Shown here: positions 1 to 10,054 of the stretch, piece after piece | Numbering within the stretch: the stretch's first letter is position 1 | How the letters are laid out: the number at the start of each line of letters is the position of its first letter | IMG/VR virus record: IMGVR_UViG_3300025276_003640 | Location: 1 to 30,700 of that record | Origin: a virus | Taxonomy: Duplodnaviria; Caudoviricetes | DNA length: 30,700 bases | Strand: one strand, 5' to 3' | Notes under the pieces: generated by a model | Database searches by the model: none | Seen by the model: the letters and a program-made list of their open reading frames with translations, nothing else | Told to the model about the DNA's origin: nothing | Program-made: the position numbers and the translations under genes

Positions 1-1
1 T

Positions 2-334
2 GAGCTACTAGCTGAGGCAAAGACACTTGGTGGGAAACTAATTGTAGGCATAAATTCAGATGAAAGTGTTAGACGGTTTAAAGGTCCTAAGCGTCCTATC
101 AATAATGTAAACAACCGTAAAAGGCAATTAGAATTATTACCGTGGGTAGACGAAGTAATTGTATTCGACGAGGACACTCCGTACAGATTAATTAAAGAAA
201 TAACTCCGCACGTTATTGTAAAGGGCGGCGATTACACAGTAGAACAAGTTGTAGGTCATGATTTGGCTGATGTGCATCTTGTGCCTACAGTTGAAGGTTA
301 TTCAACAACACAGATTATAGAGGACATTAAATGA
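2..334 (+). CDS. rfaE: D-glycero-beta-D-manno-heptose 1-phosphate adenylyltransferase (RfaE domain II/HldC; may be the C-terminus of bifunctional HldE), 5' truncated
   Basis: Not in the ORF track. Manual translation of frame 2: ELLAEAKTLGGKLIVGINSDESVRRFKGPKRPINN...WVDEVIVFDEDTPYRLIKEITPHVIVKGGDY...VEGYSTTQII; TGA at 332-334 overlaps the hldD ATG (ATGA). Confidence 0.92.
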   Translation, partial: ELLAEAKTLGGKLIVGINSDESVRRFKGPKRPINNVNNRKRQLELLPWVDEVIVFDEDTPYRLIKEITPHVIVKGGDYTVEQVVGHDLADVHLVPTVEGYSTTQIIEDIK

Positions 335-1149
335 AAATATTAGTTACAGGATACAAAGGATTTATTGGACAAAATATGTGTGCTTATTTGCAAAGCCAAG
401 GGCACGAAGTTGAAGGTTGGGAGTTTATGGAAAATGCTGTTCCTGATCCTAGTGCATACGATTGGGTAATACATCTTGGTGCTATTAGTAGTACAACTTA
501 TACTGATGTAGATAATATTATGAATCAAAACTTTGAGTATAGTATGCGACTGTTACAAGTATGTGATAATTATGGAGTAAACTTTCAATATGCTTCTAGT
601 GCCAGCGTATACGGACCTACTACACATTTTACAGAAGACGGTCCGTTACAACCGCAAAGCCCATATGCGTGGAGTAAATATTTGTTTGATAGATTTGTAA
701 AACAGCATAAAGATGAGTTTAATATTCTTGTACAAGGATTTAGGTACTTTAATGTATACGGTCCTCATGAAGGAGACAAAGGCGATCAAGCATCTCCGTA
801 TACAAAGTTTAGACTACAGGCACAACAAGACAATGTTATTAATGTATTTGAAGATAGCGAACATTACAAACGTGACTTTGTATGTGTTGGAGATATTTGT
901 AAAGTACACGAAAAAATGCTAAGTGTTGATGCTAGCGACATTTATAATGTTGGCACCGGCGTACCAGAAAGCTTTGATACTGTAGCACAAACTATTGCTA
1001 AAAAATATAATGCAGCAATTAATTATATTCCTATTCCGGATAATGTTAAAAATCAATACCAAGAATACACTTGTGCTAACTTAGACAAATTAAATAGTGT
1101 TATAGATATGGAATGGATTAGTATAAAGGATTATATAAATGATAATTGA
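331..1149 (+). CDS. hldD: ADP-L-glycero-D-manno-heptose 6-epimerase (extended SDR)
   Basis: TGYKGFIG Rossmann motif, HLGAISSTT, YASSASVYG, YAWSK (YxxxK), RYFNVYGPHEGDKGDQAS, RDFV; lies between rfaE-II and gmhB. Confidence 0.9.
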   Translation: MKILVTGYKGFIGQNMCAYLQSQGHEVEGWEFMENAVPDPSAYDWVIHLGAISSTTYTDVDNIMNQNFEYSMRLLQVCDNYGVNFQYASSASVYGPTTHFTEDGPLQPQSPYAWSKYLFDRFVKQHKDEFNILVQGFRYFNVYGPHEGDKGDQASPYTKFRLQAQQDNVINVFEDSEHYKRDFVCVGDICKVHEKMLSVDASDIYNVGTGVPESFDTVAQTIAKKYNAAINYIPIPDNVKNQYQEYTCANLDKLNSVIDMEWISIKDYINDN

Positions 1150-1807
1150 GGACGATAATCATAGTTTTATTCATCCGTGGGGTGAGTTTATCTATAAAAG
1201 TTTATTGTCTAATAACGAATTAGTCTTCTTCCAAGAACAAGCAGAGTACGCAAGAGATGGGAAATCAGAAGTAGGCAAGGCATTAGCGGGAAATATCAAA
1301 GAACAATATCTTGCAAGTATACAAACATATGAAAATCAAAAAGAAGTATTTAATATACTTGATCCGCATATTAAAAAATATATAAGCTATCTTAGTGACC
1401 GTGCTTTATCTTTACAAGAATCTTTTCTTCGGCCAGACTATAAGGATAATGCAATTGATGCAGAAAATTTAAGGTATAATCTTGGACAAGGACCTTGGTT
1501 TAACTTTATGAAGAAAAACGAATTTAATCCGTTACATTGTCATACTGGTAATATTAGTGGGATACTTATGATAAAAGTTCCTAAAGAAATTGAAGGAGAA
1601 CCTGAAACATTTATATTAGAATCTAATCTAAGATGTCCAGGTCAATTAGAATGGATAGGAAGCGGGACGAGGACATATAAAGTAAATCCTAAAGAAGGAG
1701 AAATTTATTTATTTGATTCTAGCCTGCGCCATCAGGTTTATCCGTTTCAGAGTGATGTTGAGAGAATAACGTCAAGTTTTAATGTACACCAAGAGGAAAT
1801 AAAATGA
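1139..1807 (+). CDS. putative 2OG-Fe(II) oxygenase (phage type)
   Basis: WFNFMKKNEFNPLHCH...ISGILMIKVP and EGEIYLFDSSLRHQVYPF...ERITSSFN: HxH...H metal ligands and distal Arg. Confidence 0.8.
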   Translation: MIIEDDNHSFIHPWGEFIYKSLLSNNELVFFQEQAEYARDGKSEVGKALAGNIKEQYLASIQTYENQKEVFNILDPHIKKYISYLSDRALSLQESFLRPDYKDNAIDAENLRYNLGQGPWFNFMKKNEFNPLHCHTGNISGILMIKVPKEIEGEPETFILESNLRCPGQLEWIGSGTRTYKVNPKEGEIYLFDSSLRHQVYPFQSDVERITSSFNVHQEEIK

Positions 1808-2193
1808 GCAGATTGAATGGACACGTTAAAAAGGGTTGGGGCTACGAACTTATTTGGGCCACTAACGACAAGTACTGTGGTAAAATTATGGTATTCGAAA
1901 AAGTGGGTGCAAAATTTAGCATGCACTTCCATAACGAAAAAGACGAAACTTGGTTTGTAAATAGCGGACGATTTAAAGTACGCTGGATCGATACAAAGGA
2001 TGCAACTATCTTTGAAAAAGAATTAAAAGAAGGCGACACTTGGCATAATCCTCCATTACAGCCGCATCAACTAGAAGCACTTGATCCTATGAGTTCTGTT
2101 ACAGAAGTTAGTACTCCTGATTCTGTAGAAGATAATTTTAGGCTTATACCAGGTGATAGTCAGTCATTAGAACCGGAACAGTTAGATGATTGA
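1804..2193 (+). CDS. cupin-fold protein (mannose-6-phosphate isomerase/sugar isomerase-like)
   Basis: KKGWGYELIW, FSMHFHNEKDETW (cupin motif 1), PPLQPHQL (motif 2), EVSTPD; ATGA overlap with the upstream gene. Confidence 0.8.
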   Translation: MSRLNGHVKKGWGYELIWATNDKYCGKIMVFEKVGAKFSMHFHNEKDETWFVNSGRFKVRWIDTKDATIFEKELKEGDTWHNPPLQPHQLEALDPMSSVTEVSTPDSVEDNFRLIPGDSQSLEPEQLDD

Positions 2194-2800
2194 AATTGAA
2201 TGGAGTGATGAATTTGATAGAGGACCAGATTGGATTGCTCCAAAGTGCGTTGTTGGGTTAGATCGAGATGGTGTAATCAACGAGGATATTGGAACATACT
2301 GCTATAGATCAAAAGATTTCAAACCAATTGACGGTAGTATAAAAGCTATTGCAAAGTTACGCAAATTAGGTCACAAAGTTGTAATTATTACAAATCAAGG
2401 CGGAATTGAAAAGGGAATATTTACTCAAGATGATGTTGAAAACTTACATAAACATATGTTTGAATTATTTGGTGAAGAAGGATGTCAAAGTATAGATGGA
2501 TTATACTATAGCGAAAGTAGTAGAAAACAAGACATGTATGCAAAGCCTAATGTTGGTATGTTTAAGCGTTGCGAAAAAGAAGTGCCACATGTAAAATTTT
2601 CTCAAGGATATTATGTTGGGGACAAAATATCTGATCTTAAAGCTGCAATGAAGATTGGTGCAAAGCCAATACTAGTACGTACAGGATACGGAAAAGAAAC
2701 TGAAGAATTAATTAACAAAAGATTTACATATCGATCAATAAAAAAGCGTACCAAAGTATTTGATACGCTTTTAGATTTTGTTAATTACCTCGAACGTTAA
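2186..2800 (+). CDS. gmhB: D-glycero-D-manno-heptose 1,7-bisphosphate phosphatase (HAD-IIIA)
   Basis: LDRDGVIN, IITNQGGI, KPNVGM, VGDKISDLKAA, LVRTGYG; heptose-operon context. Confidence 0.85.
   Translation: MIEIEWSDEFDRGPDWIAPKCVVGLDRDGVINEDIGTYCYRSKDFKPIDGSIKAIAKLRKLGHKVVIITNQGGIEKGIFTQDDVENLHKHMFELFGEEGCQSIDGLYYSESSRKQDMYAKPNVGMFKRCEKEVPHVKFSQGYYVGDKISDLKAAMKIGAKPILVRTGYGKETEELINKRFTYRSIKKRTKVFDTLLDFVNYLER
2737..2772 (-). terminator. intrinsic terminator for the minus-strand structural operon, inside the gmhB coding sequence
   Basis: Minus-strand RNA GCGUAUCAAA-UAC-UUUGGUACGC-UUUUUUAUU: 10-bp stem (one U.G) plus U6, about 25 nt after the stop of the 2120-aa gene. Confidence 0.75.
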
Positions 2801-5800
2801 GCTTGCGCTTCACCCCACTTAATAATAATATTTGAATTAATATCCGAACCTGTTACCTTATACACGTTAATAGCTAATACGTCTGGACCATTTGGGAATG
2901 TTCCTCTACCACCTAGTGGCGTATTAGTAAGTTCTTTCAACGACGATAAGTCTAGTGTAGATCTTTCTCCAGGCACAGCAATGAATGAGAACACAGTTTC
3001 TCCTGGTTGGGCATGCGGTGGTTGTACAAATGAAGCTGTAACTGTACCTGACCCAAGTGCTAGTGTACCCGTGTATGAATTATTAAAGTCTACTTGATAA
3101 AATGTACTACCGCCCCAAGTCTCTGCTCCAACAAAGCTAACATATGTGTTAGCTGGGAAAGATCCGCCGCTCATAGCAGTAATTTCAGTACCAACAATTA
3201 CTCCGGCAGTATCAACACTGCTTGTTGTAAAGTAACCATAGTTTTTGTTTACAAGTGCAGCATTATATGCAATAGTAAAGTGATTTGATGAACCCGCAGA
3301 AATGTTTCCCGTAGTTCTCTTATTAAGTCTAAAGTATCCGTAGCTGTCATACTGACTAATGTAACCATTCGAAATAGTTGTGTTAGATCGAATGTTAGTT
3401 CCTGTAATAGGTTTACCTAAAACAAAATCCATATTACTTGATCCAAATGTAGCTCTATAATCAGCAGCATCTATGTATATGTAACTATTGTTATTATAAC
3501 TTTGATATTCACCACTATTAAGTACTGCTGTAATAGCACTAACTGATGTTAAGTTAGCTGTAGTAGCTGATTCACCGTCTGTCCATGTAACACCACCACC
3601 TGATGCAATTTGAGCAAAGCTAGGCTGTCCGCCTTGTGCAACTCCGCTTAGTCCTGCCCAGTTAACATCACTTGGGTTAAGTGGATAGTTTTGCGGGTTA
3701 AGAACACCTTCAATAACAATTCCACCTGCGCCCGAATCTGATGTAACCTCAAGACCCATAAGCAACAACTGTGCTCTGTTTAGTAGTTCCCTTTCACCTA
3801 AGTCTCCAACAATAGCGTTAGATACACTCGGTGCTAGTCGCATCATAAATGCTGTTTGTTTTGTAGTACTAACAGCAACGCTTGTTTCAGCGTAACTAAA
3901 GATATATCCTCGATCTTCATCAAAGCCACCGTCTGTTAGGAAAGCTGAACCCCAGTGACTAATTAACGGAGTAATTGTTTGTGAAATTATAATAACACCT
4001 GTTCTTGCTTGGTGTGTCACAGCCGCACCACCTGTATAACTACGTGATGCTCCTGCTTGGAATGTAATTAAACTGGCAGCTCTAGTAACACCAGTTAATG
4101 TATTAGTTTCCATATTATTGCCAGTATATGTCATAACTTCGTTATCAATGTACACTGTAGCATTATATGGAAAGAAACTACTATCAGTTAACTCAATAGT
4201 TGTTTGTGAAGTAGTCATTGCAGTTTTAAGCTTGCCTGGAGGGCCTTCGTTAGTTACTTCATAACGTACAGGTAAGTTACCCGAACGCATAAATGCTTCC
4301 GTGTTTACGTTTGAGTTACGCATTCTGTGTGCAAATACAAAGTTACCGCTCGAACCACGTACCATCCAATCAATAAATCCAGCACCATACCATGTATACT
4401 GAATACCAATCATCTGCATCTTAGCAATGTCCATATTGTAACCACTTGGACCCGTGCCGTCTAATTTGTCTAAGTTAAACTCACTTTGTTTAGCTTTTTT
4501 ATCGCTTACTAATGCAACTTTTGCACCTGTAATATTTATAACGCCACGCCAATCAGGTGTTACAGTCATTGCCGTATTACTAGACACATGGCTAACAACA
4601 TGCGTCATTCCTTTAATAATAACTCTGTCACCAGCTTTTAACTGATCTCTAAATCGTGTATTTGTTCCTACAATATTATTTTGATCAACGTTTAATGCAA
4701 TAGTACCTGCAATTTGTTTTGTACCTGTTCGCTGTACTGCACTCATTTGTGTGCCATCAAATTCCCAAAAGATACCGTTTTGATCATCAAAAATACCTGA
4801 ACGCACAGTAGCACCGTGCCAGCTTACAACACTCATCTGTGCTGAAAATCCTAGTACAGCGGATGTCGCTCCTAGTCTACGTTTTGATCTAACTTTAAAT
4901 TTTCTTTCGTCTACTACTGATACTACAGTATAGTCAAACTCTGTTCCTACAGATGTTTCTGTACCACTATTATAACCTTCAGTTTCAATACCAAGTAATC
5001 GAATTACTCCGCCAATTTGCACACCGTGGTCGTTATCATCAGTAGTAATTGTAATTAAACTATTAACTTCTAAACCGTCTGATACTACACTTTGTAAATC
5101 GTAACTTGGAGCAAATAGCGCACCAGTTGTGTACATAATACCTTTACCTGACTGATATCTAATATACTTTTTACTTTGACGTATTGCCTGTGCTCCATGC
5201 TGTGGTCCACCTGTTCCTAACATAACGCCGCCGTCATATGGCCTATGAACAAAGAAGCTATCTGGTCTTGGATACACAGTACCACTTAGAGGAGCGCCGG
5301 ACACATCAATTGCTCCCGTAGCCCTAGCTTGATATCTCAAACTAGTAATACTAGGTACTTCAGTTGCAAAGAAACTGCCACCAGCTAAGTCATGATTATT
5401 ACTACCGTCGTCACTAGTTGCAGATACAATAAATGTATCTCCTGGAACTAGTCCATGTGCTGCTGACCAATTAATATTAACAGTTGCTAGTGCAGCATAG
5501 CTTACAGTTTGGTTTATGTTAATTTGTGATGTTGTTGCCTCTGATATACTTACTGTTGAAATTATATCAATGTTTGTACCAGGGCTTGCAATAGTATAAG
5601 TTGCTTGTACTCCGCTAACTGCTCCGCTTGCTCCGTTAATTGCATTAACATATAGTTCTATATCGTTTAACGGACTCGCACTATTTAAAATAGTACCTGG
5701 TAATATAATTCTATCACCTATTTTATAATTTGCACCGCCTGCAAAAACTACAATATTATCGTATGATGTATAATTTCTTCTAACGCTAAATGTAGCACTT

Positions 5801-8800
5801 GTACCAATATTTGGTTGGGTTGTTCCTGTTACACTAAATGGGCCTGCTGGTTGAGCAGCCGTACCTGCAATAGTTACACCTGAAACATACCCTTGTACTA
5901 CTGATGATACACTAGTAATTGTTACTGTTGCATCGTTAGCTGGACTTGTACCATATAATGATGTACCCGGAATTACTAACTGTTGCCCTAAGGCATAATC
6001 TGCGCCGATAGTTTGTATACTAATATCAGTGTATTCGGTATCAGATAATTCAATAGTAAACACTGCACCACTACCTTGTCTAATGGTAGTGCCCATAGAG
6101 CCGGCTGTTCTTCCATTAAATGCTGTTCCTGCTGTGGTGTATGTTAAAATCGCGCCAGCTGCATCAACAGTAGCAATAGTATTTACTACATCATTTGCTG
6201 GTGTAGCTCCACCAAAATTGGAGGCGTTACCAGCTACTGTAACTGTTTCTCCTACTAGATAGTTAGTACCACCACCTCCACTTACAATATAACTTGCTCC
6301 AGTAATATTGACTGCAAAAGTTGCTCCTGTTCCACTTGTTGTATTTGATGTATAGACTACGTTTGTGTATGTATCATTTCTCTGAGGAGCGTTTGCAGAT
6401 GTAAACGTTATACTACTTATTGCGCCTGCTGCTCCAACTGTAAGAGCATCAAATGTTACTGCTGCTCCGCCACCGCCTCCTAGTACTGCATCAGCAATAG
6501 TAATAGTTGCTCCTGCTGCAACTCCTGTACCTGCAGCAACTATTGTAATATCACTTGCTAGAATCTGTCCCGATGTTGTTATACTATTAATGTCCATAGT
6601 AAATGGACTTGCGCCACCGCCGCCTAGTACTGCATCAGCAATAGTAATTGTGTCGCCTGATGTATGACCTGATCCAAACGTTTTTATAACTACAGAAGTA
6701 ATGGAGCCGCCGCCACCAACAGTAATATCAAATGTTCCAACAGTGCCTGAGCCTGCACTAGTACCTGTTACATTAGTGTATGTCCCTAAGGTTCTTGATG
6801 CATTAGCTGCACCATAGTTAGTCATACTGTCTGCGCCACCGGCCGGCCTCACTATAATAGTATATGTTGATCCGCCACCGCCAGTACTAGCTACGCCTGT
6901 ATATGTTCCCGGAGTTCGACTAGCAGGTACTTGTGTAATATTGTTTATACTTAATATATTTCCGCCGGCGCTAACACCTGACGCCGTTAAATATACATCA
7001 TTTTGTGGAGAAGCAGATCCTGTGGCTTGTAAAGCATTGCCTGCAATTTTAAGACTTTCGCCAATTACATATCCTGAACCAGCATTATTAATTGCTACTG
7101 CTGTAAATGTTCCGTTTAAGTATGTTACATTAAAATTAGCATCGACGCCTGCATTTCCATAAGCAGTATGACCTACAGCACCTAATGTTAAGTAACCATT
7201 AAAACAGTTACCTGTGATTGAAGCAGTATTAATGTCGCCGTCACTGTTTACTGAATTAACAAATATAGTAGCATCATGTATTGTTGCTTGGCCGCCTAAA
7301 TCTGTTCCTGCTATTTTAATCTGGTCGCCTTGTTCGTAATTAATACCAGCTGCTGATATACTGTTTAAAATATATCCGTTAGTTGAATCGCCTGAAGGAG
7401 AAATACTAAATGTTGCACCTGTGCCTGCAAAACTAACATTAGTACCTGCAAGGTTAGTGTATGTTACAATGTTACCAATCCTGTCAGCTGTAAACCCTTG
7501 ACTAAACTGTATACCTTTTCCGCTAGCTCCGGTGCCTACTGTTTGTACATAAGAAGCAACACCGTCTCCTCGATCAACTGCTTGATTTACAACTACACCT
7601 GCAATATCATCTACTTCAAGAGTATCACTGCCAGATAGCGTATTGGCTGTAGTTGCTAAGGTTAAAAATGTTCCTCCGCCTGCACTAGTATCAATAATAC
7701 TAGTTACCTGTGTACCTGATGTAATACTTCCGTGTACTAATGGAGATCCAATTTCTGGTGCAGATCCATCAAATGGTAAAATTGTACTCCCAGAAGCTAC
7801 TGATAATTGAGTTACAAAAGTGCCAGACGATCCTTGACTGTGGATAGTAAATGTCGGTACACCAATACTTGCTCCTGTATAAAATGCTGCTTTTCTTAAC
7901 TGGCAGTATGTAGTAACAAGTACTTGACCGCTTGAAGTACCAACTTTTGACTTTGCATAATATGTAAAGGTTTTATCACTTGGTGTAGTATTAATAACAA
8001 ACGAACCTTCAGCTCTTGATGCGCCTATAATACTGTTTTCTAATGCCTTAATTGTAATAGGTTGACCTGGTTCAAATCCATGTGCTACTACTGTTGTTAC
8101 TGTAATTAAACTAGCACCAATACCGCTTGTACCAGCACTAGCATCTGTTATAACATTTGACACGGCAGTGTTTGTTGCAGGTATTTCGTATACACTAGGA
8201 TATCCTCGTAATGTACCAATAGCCGACCACTTAGTAGGTTGCAATCCGTATTCAAAGTCAGCATCAAGCATACTTAACGGATTAGCAATACGCATACGCT
8301 CAATGGCATCTGTACCAAAGTCATACGGTCTAGTTGTTACAATACTTTTGCCATTTTCTGTTTGTTCTGCAAATATTTGTAAGTTATCTGTAGATTTATG
8401 ACTAGAAGTATCATAATTGAACCAGATTCTTGTTACTGCATCTGTAGTTTGCAAATACGTTTTAAAATCAGCATCATACCCTTTGGTAATAAATTTTGTC
8501 GTTGCACCTGTTTCAATGTTTGGAAAATTATATATAATTTCATTCTTAGTTGTATTAGTAACTAGTAGTAACTCTTCTAAACCATAACGTCCTTGAACTT
8601 TAAGATTGCCAACGCCACTTTCTACTTTGGTTGGAAGTTGGTCAATTCCTAGAGTAATAACATTAATAATAATAGCACTAAGTTCATTAATTCTTAGAAT
8701 TGCTCCTGCTTCTGCATTATCACCGCTAGTGTCTGTAGTTTGAATTACACCCGTTTGGTTTCCCGAATATGATGTATTAGTGAATAAATAATCTCTAATA

Positions 8801-9159
8801 ATATCTCGTATAATTGCATGCGTTTGTATTTCAGGCTGTCTATCGCCATCAACTTGTGCTACTGAACCTTCCCAATAATACCCTGCAATTTTAGAAGTTT
8901 CTTCATTGCCTCCGTATCTAATGTCCCATAAGTATGCATCAAGAACATATCCTACATCTCGTTCACACTTAGATTCATTATATGTATATCCTACAAACCC
9001 CGTTGCGTTAGCAGCTACTTGTGCTGCTATCCATGCCGTAGCTTCTTTTTGAATATAATATTTGTTGCCGTAAAGTAATGAGTATGCGTTAGGATATACA
9101 TATCCTGTGGCACCCATACCAGGCTTAAAGACGTAATTTTTTATTTGCTGTTTTGCCAT
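2797..9159 (-). CDS. giant virion structural / tail fibre-like protein (2120 aa)
   Basis: G/S/T-rich; N-terminal helical module (KCERDVGYVLDAYLWDIRYGGN), DADFEYGLQPTKW, several TxxxHG(F/L/V)xxG small beta domains, seven GxxYxxG(D/E)xIxIxGxxLGG-type repeats. Confidence 0.75.
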   Translation of the reverse strand: MAKQQIKNYVFKPGMGATGYVYPNAYSLLYGNKYYIQKEATAWIAAQVAANATGFVGYTYNESKCERDVGYVLDAYLWDIRYGGNEETSKIAGYYWEGSVAQVDGDRQPEIQTHAIIRDIIRDYLFTNTSYSGNQTGVIQTTDTSGDNAEAGAILRINELSAIIINVITLGIDQLPTKVESGVGNLKVQGRYGLEELLLVTNTTKNEIIYNFPNIETGATTKFITKGYDADFKTYLQTTDAVTRIWFNYDTSSHKSTDNLQIFAEQTENGKSIVTTRPYDFGTDAIERMRIANPLSMLDADFEYGLQPTKWSAIGTLRGYPSVYEIPATNTAVSNVITDASAGTSGIGASLITVTTVVAHGFEPGQPITIKALENSIIGASRAEGSFVINTTPSDKTFTYYAKSKVGTSSGQVLVTTYCQLRKAAFYTGASIGVPTFTIHSQGSSGTFVTQLSVASGSTILPFDGSAPEIGSPLVHGSITSGTQVTSIIDTSAGGGTFLTLATTANTLSGSDTLEVDDIAGVVVNQAVDRGDGVASYVQTVGTGASGKGIQFSQGFTADRIGNIVTYTNLAGTNVSFAGTGATFSISPSGDSTNGYILNSISAAGINYEQGDQIKIAGTDLGGQATIHDATIFVNSVNSDGDINTASITGNCFNGYLTLGAVGHTAYGNAGVDANFNVTYLNGTFTAVAINNAGSGYVIGESLKIAGNALQATGSASPQNDVYLTASGVSAGGNILSINNITQVPASRTPGTYTGVASTGGGGSTYTIIVRPAGGADSMTNYGAANASRTLGTYTNVTGTSAGSGTVGTFDITVGGGGSITSVVIKTFGSGHTSGDTITIADAVLGGGGASPFTMDINSITTSGQILASDITIVAAGTGVAAGATITIADAVLGGGGGAAVTFDALTVGAAGAISSITFTSANAPQRNDTYTNVVYTSNTTSGTGATFAVNITGASYIVSGGGGTNYLVGETVTVAGNASNFGGATPANDVVNTIATVDAAGAILTYTTAGTAFNGRTAGSMGTTIRQGSGAVFTIELSDTEYTDISIQTIGADYALGQQLVIPGTSLYGTSPANDATVTITSVSSVVQGYVSGVTIAGTAAQPAGPFSVTGTTQPNIGTSATFSVRRNYTSYDNIVVFAGGANYKIGDRIILPGTILNSASPLNDIELYVNAINGASGAVSGVQATYTIASPGTNIDIISTVSISEATTSQININQTVSYAALATVNINWSAAHGLVPGDTFIVSATSDDGSNNHDLAGGSFFATEVPSITSLRYQARATGAIDVSGAPLSGTVYPRPDSFFVHRPYDGGVMLGTGGPQHGAQAIRQSKKYIRYQSGKGIMYTTGALFAPSYDLQSVVSDGLEVNSLITITTDDNDHGVQIGGVIRLLGIETEGYNSGTETSVGTEFDYTVVSVVDERKFKVRSKRRLGATSAVLGFSAQMSVVSWHGATVRSGIFDDQNGIFWEFDGTQMSAVQRTGTKQIAGTIALNVDQNNIVGTNTRFRDQLKAGDRVIIKGMTHVVSHVSSNTAMTVTPDWRGVINITGAKVALVSDKKAKQSEFNLDKLDGTGPSGYNMDIAKMQMIGIQYTWYGAGFIDWMVRGSSGNFVFAHRMRNSNVNTEAFMRSGNLPVRYEVTNEGPPGKLKTAMTTSQTTIELTDSSFFPYNATVYIDNEVMTYTGNNMETNTLTGVTRAASLITFQAGASRSYTGGAAVTHQARTGVIIISQTITPLISHWGSAFLTDGGFDEDRGYIFSYAETSVAVSTTKQTAFMMRLAPSVSNAIVGDLGERELLNRAQLLLMGLEVTSDSGAGGIVIEGVLNPQNYPLNPSDVNWAGLSGVAQGGQPSFAQIASGGGVTWTDGESATTANLTSVSAITAVLNSGEYQSYNNNSYIYIDAADYRATFGSSNMDFVLGKPITGTNIRSNTTISNGYISQYDSYGYFRLNKRTTGNISAGSSNHFTIAYNAALVNKNYGYFTTSSVDTAGVIVGTEITAMSGGSFPANTYVSFVGAETWGGSTFYQVDFNNSYTGTLALGSGTVTASFVQPPHAQPGETVFSFIAVPGERSTLDLSSLKELTNTPLGGRGTFPNGPDVLAINVYKVTGSDINSNIIIKWGEAQA
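6479..6648. repeat. 26-bp exact direct repeat (6479-6504 and 6623-6648) within the 2120-aa gene
   Basis: cctagtactgcatcagcaatagtaat occurs twice, 144 bp apart; both encode ITIADAVLG. Confidence 0.9.
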
Positions 9160-9165
9160 ATTCTT

Positions 9166-10029
9166 TTAAATCCCAAATGCTATTGCAAACGCTGTTGCTG
9201 TTTCATCTACATATTTTTTGTTAGGAACAGCCGTTAATCCTGCTACTGCACCACTTATTGAAGCTGTTGTAAATGCAGCGGTTGCTGGCACTGTTGCTCC
9301 AATGGAAGTATTATCAATTGTACTGTTATTTATAGGTCCTACTAGTCGACCATTGACACTATCGACTAGTAATGTACTATTATCTGAATAAACTGATCCG
9401 TTTAAGTCACCGGTAACTCCACCTGTTGCTGTGATCATACTTGCTACACTCATTGTTCCGCCAAAGTTTGCATTAAGTCCTACACCTAATCCGCCTGTAA
9501 CTTTTAAAGCACCTGTTGTCGGGGTTGAGCTTTGTGTTCCGCTAGTTATACTTACTTCACTAAAACTTCTTGTTTGATCTAAAACTTGAATAGTTCCGAA
9601 TACATCACCAGCTGCATTACCATAATATAAAGTATTAGGAGCACTTAACGGAACTGTCCAAGTTAGTCTACCCGTACTTTTATTTTGGGCTGATGCTGCA
9701 ACAGTACTATCACTATGCCGTATGCCGGTATTATACAATACTGTAGGCGATAGTCCACTAAAAATATTAAAGGTTAAAGTAGTAAATCCTAAGTCAAATG
9801 TAGTAGTTGAATTTCTGTAAACAGTAATGCCAGGTTGATTACTTGCTTGTCCTGAAAATCTAAAATTGCCTGCGCTTTCAATAAAATCATAATCAGCAGC
9901 AATTCCTGCTTCGCCGCCTATTGATAATGTTAATGATGAAGCTGAAATGTTACCGTCGGCATCAACCGTAAAGTTCGGGCTTTTAAAGCCGTAGTCTGTT
10001 CTTAAAGGTGTGTTAACTGTCGTTGGCAT
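9166..10029 (-). CDS. phage structural / fibre-like protein (287 aa)
   Basis: WTVPLSAPNTLYY domain, TGALKVTGGLGV and GDLNGSVYSDNSTLLVD fibre-shaft motifs, NKKYVD; GGAG SD at 10036-10039. Confidence 0.65.
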   Translation of the reverse strand: MPTTVNTPLRTDYGFKSPNFTVDADGNISASSLTLSIGGEAGIAADYDFIESAGNFRFSGQASNQPGITVYRNSTTTFDLGFTTLTFNIFSGLSPTVLYNTGIRHSDSTVAASAQNKSTGRLTWTVPLSAPNTLYYGNAAGDVFGTIQVLDQTRSFSEVSITSGTQSSTPTTGALKVTGGLGVGLNANFGGTMSVASMITATGGVTGDLNGSVYSDNSTLLVDSVNGRLVGPINNSTIDNTSIGATVPATAAFTTASISGAVAGLTAVPNKKYVDETATAFAIAFGI

Positions 10030-10047
10030 TACTTACTCCATATAGTA

Positions 10048-10054
10048 TATTTAG
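10048..10054 (-). promoter_or_regulatory. T4-like late promoter box (CTAAATA variant)
   Basis: CTAAATA about 19 nt upstream of the ATG at 10029, followed by an SD. Confidence 0.55.

Noticed and set aside
1-2800. Bacterial chromosomal LPS locus
   Set aside because: Directly abuts phage structural genes with T4-like late boxes, includes a phage-type oxygenase, and no cellular housekeeping genes are present.
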